Positions 60,001 to 64,000 of a DNA stretch of 64,000 nucleotides are shown piece by piece. Both the position numbers and the translations under genes were made by a program. The notes under the pieces are model-generated. The model was not told the origin of the DNA, searched no databases, and worked only from the letters and a program-made list of their open reading frames with translations. The stretch is from the NCBI GenBank assembly GCA_043228905.1, contig JBHGNT010000005.1, positions 17,856,001-17,920,000 of the forward strand. The letters run 5' to 3'. The number at the start of each line of letters is the position of its first letter. Position 1 is the stretch's first letter. This stretch comes from Azolla caroliniana. Taxonomy: Eukaryota > Plantae > Polypodiophyta.

Positions 60001-61572
60001 CATTTCCCATTAATGGGTTCCAATTTCAAACCATCTCTTGGTTTCCCAAACTTCACTTCCCATTCCATGGATTTGTTGTACAAAATGTATACATTGAGCA
60101 ACCTCTTCTTGTGGGCACGATTTTGTATGACAAGTCGGTCGTGTTTAAATACATTGACTTGCATGCTCTTTTCCTCTCTCAAAGATGACGAGAGAGTGTG
60201 TCTTGTATAGATTTACCATCTTAATATAATTCTAAGTCATAGGAGAAACTAATGTACGCAAGGACGTCTTAGCTTAGCCCGTAGAGCGCATGGCTTTTAA
60301 ACACGTGGTCGTGTGTTTGATTCCTACAGACGATGAGAAGTTCAACCCATCACTTGGTTTCACAAACTTCACTTCCCATTCCATGCATTCGTTGTAGAAA
60401 ATGAATACATTGAGCAACTCTTCTTGTGGGCGCGATTTAGTATGACAAGTCGGTCGTGTTTAATTACATTGATTTGCATGCTCATTTCCTGTCTCGAAAA
60501 TGAGGAGAGTGTATCTCTCACATAGATTCATGATCAATTGCATGCTCATTTCCTCTCTCGAAAATGAGGAGAGTGTATCTCTCGCATAGATTCATAATTC
60601 TACATCCTAGGAGAATCATGCTCATTTCCTGTCTCGAAAATGAGGAGAGTGTATCTCTCACATAGATTCATGATCAATTGCATGCTCATTTCCTCTCTCG
60701 AAAATGAGGAGAGTGTATCTCTCGCATAGATTCATAATTCTACATCCTAGGAGAAACCAATGTACCACCTCATGGCCATCTTAGCTCAGTTGGTAGAGTT
60801 CGTGGCTTTTAAACACGTGGTTGTGGTTTCGATTCCCACAGACAGCGAGAAGTTCAAACCATCTGTTCGTTTCCCAAACTTCACTTCCCATTCTATGCAT
60901 TCGTTGTACAAAATGTCTACATTGAGCAACCTCGTCTTGTAGGTCCAATTTTGTATGACAAGTCGGTCGTGTTTAATTACATTGATTTGCATCCTCTTTT
61001 CCCCTCTTGAAGATTCACCATCTTAGCCTGGGAGAAAGTAATGTATACCATCAGGTTGTTTTAGCTCAGCCGGTAGAGCGCATGGCTTTTAACCACGTGG
61101 TCGTCGGTTCGATTCCCAGAGACGGCAAGAAGTTCCACCCATCTCTTGGTTTCCCAAACTTTACGTCCCATTCTATGCAGTCATTACCTTTACTTGCATG
61201 CTCTTTTCCTCTCTAAAGATGAGGAGAATGGCCTAGATTCACGGTAATAATATAATTCTACTCCCTAGTAGAAACCAATGTACCACCTCATGGCCATCTT
61301 AGCTCAGTCGGTAGAGCGCGTGTCTTTTAACCATGTGGTCGTGGGTTTGATTCCCACAAAAGGAGAGAACTTTAACCCATCTCTTGGTTTCCCAAACTTA
61401 ACTTTCCATTCCATGCATTCGTTGTACAAAATTTCTTCATTGAGTAACCTCTTCTGGTGGGCACGATTTTGTATGACAAGTCGATCGTGTTTAATTACAT
61501 TGATTTGCATCCTCTTTTCCTCTCTCAAAGATGAGAAGAGAGTGTGTCTTGTAGCGATTCACCATCTTGATA

Positions 61573-61783
61573 GCGCCTCCGGTATTATTACCTATTAATA
61601 TTTCAGAAGATTCTACCAAACCCTTACCACTCAGTTCTCGATTGTCTGGAAACATCTCGGTTGACGAGTTGGTAGTAGTTGTTTCGGTCTCTCTAGTACC
61701 TTCAATCATTCCTGTACCTACGACGCCTTTAGGATTATTTACAAGTGCTATACAGGCTTTAAATTCCGGTTCAGATTTGTCTG
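61573..61783. other. ~210-bp foreign insert in the array spacer
   Basis: No similarity to the array unit or, by eye, to other parts of the window. Confidence 0.75.
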
Positions 61784-63019
61784 TGAGGACACAGTGTTGC
61801 TCACATAGATTCACGATCATAATATAATTCTACACCCTAGGAGAAACCAATGTACGACCTCATGGCCATCATAGCTCAGCTGGTAGAGCGTGTGGCCTTT
61901 AACTACGTGGCCATGGGTTCGATTTCCACAAACGGGGAGAACTTCAACCCGACTCTCGGTTTCCCAAACCTCACTTCCCATTCCATGCATTCTTTGTACA
62001 AAATGTCTACATTTAGCAACTCTTCTTGTGTGCGCGATTTAGTATTACAAGTCAGTCGTGTTTAATTACATTTATTTCCATGCTCTTTTCCTATCTCTAA
62101 AATGAGGAGAGAGTCTATCTCATATAGATACACCATCTTAAAAGTGATGTATATCACAAGGCCGTCTTAGTTTAGCCGGTAGAGCGCGTGGCTTTTAACC
62201 AGGTGGTCGTGGGTTCAATTCCCTCAGACGGCGAGAATTTCAACCCATCTCTTGGTTTCATAAATTTCCATTCCCATTCCATGCAGTGGAGCGTCTTAGC
62301 TAATGTGCGTGTGGTTGCAAGGCTGTCTTACCTCAGCCGGTAGAGCGTGTGGCTTTTAACCATGTGGTCATGGGTTCGATTCCCACAGATGGTGAGAAGT
62401 CCAACCATTTGTTGTTTTCCCAAACTTCACTTCCCATTCCATGGATTCGTTGTACAAAATGTATACATGAGCAACCTCTTCTTTTGGGCCCTATTTTGTA
62501 TGACAAGTCGGTCGTGTTTAATTACCTTGAGTTCCATGCTCTTTTTATCTCTTGAAGATGAGGAGAGAGTGTGTCTTGTATAGAGACACCATCTTAATAT
62601 CATTCTATACCCTAGGAGAAAGTAATGTATACCACAAGACCGTCTTACATCAGCTTGTAAAGCGCGTGCCTTTTAACCATATGAGAAAATAATGTACCGC
62701 AAGGCCATTTTAGCTTAGCTAGTAGAGCACGTGGCTTCTAAACATGTGGTCGTGTGTTTGATTCCGACAGACGATGAGAAGTTCAACCCATCACTTGGTT
62801 TCACAAACATCACTTCCCATTCCATGCATTCGTTGTACATAATGTATACACTGAGCAACTCTTCTTGTAGGCGCGATTTAGTATGACAAGTCGGTCATGT
62901 TTAATTACATTGATTTCCATGCTCGTTTCCTCTCTCGAAAATGAGGAGAGAGTGTCTCTTGCATAGATTCATGATGATAATATAATTCTACATCCTAGAA
63001 GAAACCAATGTACTTCATG

Positions 63020-63092
63020 GCCATCTTAGCTCAGCTGGTAGAGCGCGTGGCTTTTAACCACGTGGTCGTGGGTTCGATTCCCACAGATGGCG
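63020..63092 (+). tRNA. tRNA-Lys-TTT: tRNA-Lys(UUU), structurally intact
   Basis: GCCATCT/AGATGGC, GCTC/GAGC, CGTGG-CTTTTAA-CCACG, GTGGG-TTCGATT-CCCAC. Confidence 0.85.
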
Positions 63093-63380
63093 AGAAGTTC
63101 AAACCATCTGTTCGTTTCCCAAACTTCACTTCCCATTCCATGCATTCGTTCTACAAAATGTCTCTTGGTTTCCCAAACTTCACTTCCCATTCCATGCAGT
63201 CATTACCTTTATTTGGATGCTCTTTTCCTCTCTTAGAGATGAGGAGAAAGTGTCTCTATGCATTACCTTTATTTGGATGCTCTTTTCCTCTCTTAGAGAT
63301 GAGGACAAAGTGTCTCTTGCATAGATTCATGGTCATAATATAATTCTACTCCCTGGGAGAAACCAATGTACCACCTCATG

Positions 63381-63453
63381 GCCATTTTAGCTCAGCCGGT
63401 AGAGTGCGTGGCTTTTAACCACGTGGTCGTGGGTTCGATTCCCACAAATGGCG
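63381..63453 (+). tRNA. tRNA-Lys-TTT: tRNA-Lys(UUU), structurally intact variant
   Basis: GCCATTT/AAATGGC acceptor stem, G10-U25 wobble, perfect anticodon and T arms. Confidence 0.75.
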
Positions 63454-64000
63454 AGGACTTTAACCCATCGCTTGGTTTCCTAAACTTAACTTTCCATTCC
63501 ATGCATTCGTTGTACAAAATGTCTACATTGAGTAACCTCTGCTTGTGGGTATGATTTTGTATGACAAGTCGATCGTGTTTAATTACATTGATTTGCACCC
63601 TCTTTTCCTCTCTCAAAGATGAGGAGAGAGTGTGACAAAATGTCTACATTGAGTAACCTCTTCTTGTGGGCACGATTTTGTATGACAAGTCGATCGTGTT
63701 TAATTACATTGATTTCCATTCTCTTTTCCTCTCTCAAAGATGAACCACGTGGTCGTGTGTCTCGTGTGGTCGTGTGTTTTATTCCAACAGATGACGAGAA
63801 GTTCAACCCATCACTTGGTTTCACAAACATCACTTCCCATTCCATGCATTCGTTGGACATAATCTATACATTGAGCAACTCTTCTTGTGGGCGTGATCGA
63901 GTATGACAAGTCGGTCATGTTTAATTACATTGATTTGCCTTGTAGAAACACACGAAAGCCCAAATAGGGGACTCCCACGAGTCGAAGGATTTCGTTCGGA

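Larger units (their letters stand above)
57761..63940 (+). repeat. tRNA-Lys(UUU) tandem array, segment 3 (~18 further whole or partial copies)
   Basis: Copies at 58054, ~58540, 58834, 59113, 59508, 59825, 60263, 60775, 61055, 61293, 61865, 62161, 62322, ~62638, 62704, 63020, 63381, ~63743. Confidence 0.95.

Noticed and set aside
25085-63906. Repeated short ORFs of the MAFNHVVVGSIPTDGEKFNPSLGFPNF type
   Set aside because: Chance translations through tRNA and spacer with inconsistent starts and stops
57761-63940. CRISPR-like repeat-spacer array
   Set aside because: The conserved part is a tRNA gene, the spacers are homologous to each other, and there are no cas genes
63941-64000. Possible start of another LTR (TGTAGAAAC...)
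   Set aside because: Only 60 bp visible; no partner LTR or TSD can be checked

Overview
Plant heterochromatin-like window with no intact host protein gene. The element mix suggests a non-seed land plant (inference). The backbone of the right two-thirds is a degenerate tandem array of ~320-bp units, each carrying a tRNA-Lys(UUU) gene. I counted about 28 whole or partial copies between ~24118 and ~63940, and two of them still fold completely. LTR retrotransposons are piled into and beside the array, up to four levels deep; their boundaries were fixed from LTR termini and target-site duplications (TSDs). The main system is a group of tRNA-Trp-primed Ty3/Gypsy elements with TGTCG...CGACA termini. 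It has two pol-bearing families (A 4558-18039, D 40030-47056), two pol-less Gag-fusion partners (B 18044-22623, C 33345-57760), a solo LTR and two LTR remnants. All 7 scorable insertions of this group sit on 4-bp CG-centred targets, two of them at the identical nucleotides of tRNA-Lys. A and D share a GGAUUUU slippery site plus pseudoknot between protease and RT. Also present: a self-priming chromovirus with perfect heat-shock elements in its LTR, two putatively Arg-primed Gypsy elements (one with a large extra ORF, one with a single LTR but a perfect TSD), three Copia elements, a palindromic TAGCTAATTAGC satellite and a possible CACTG transposon end. All calls are by eye; no database search was run.
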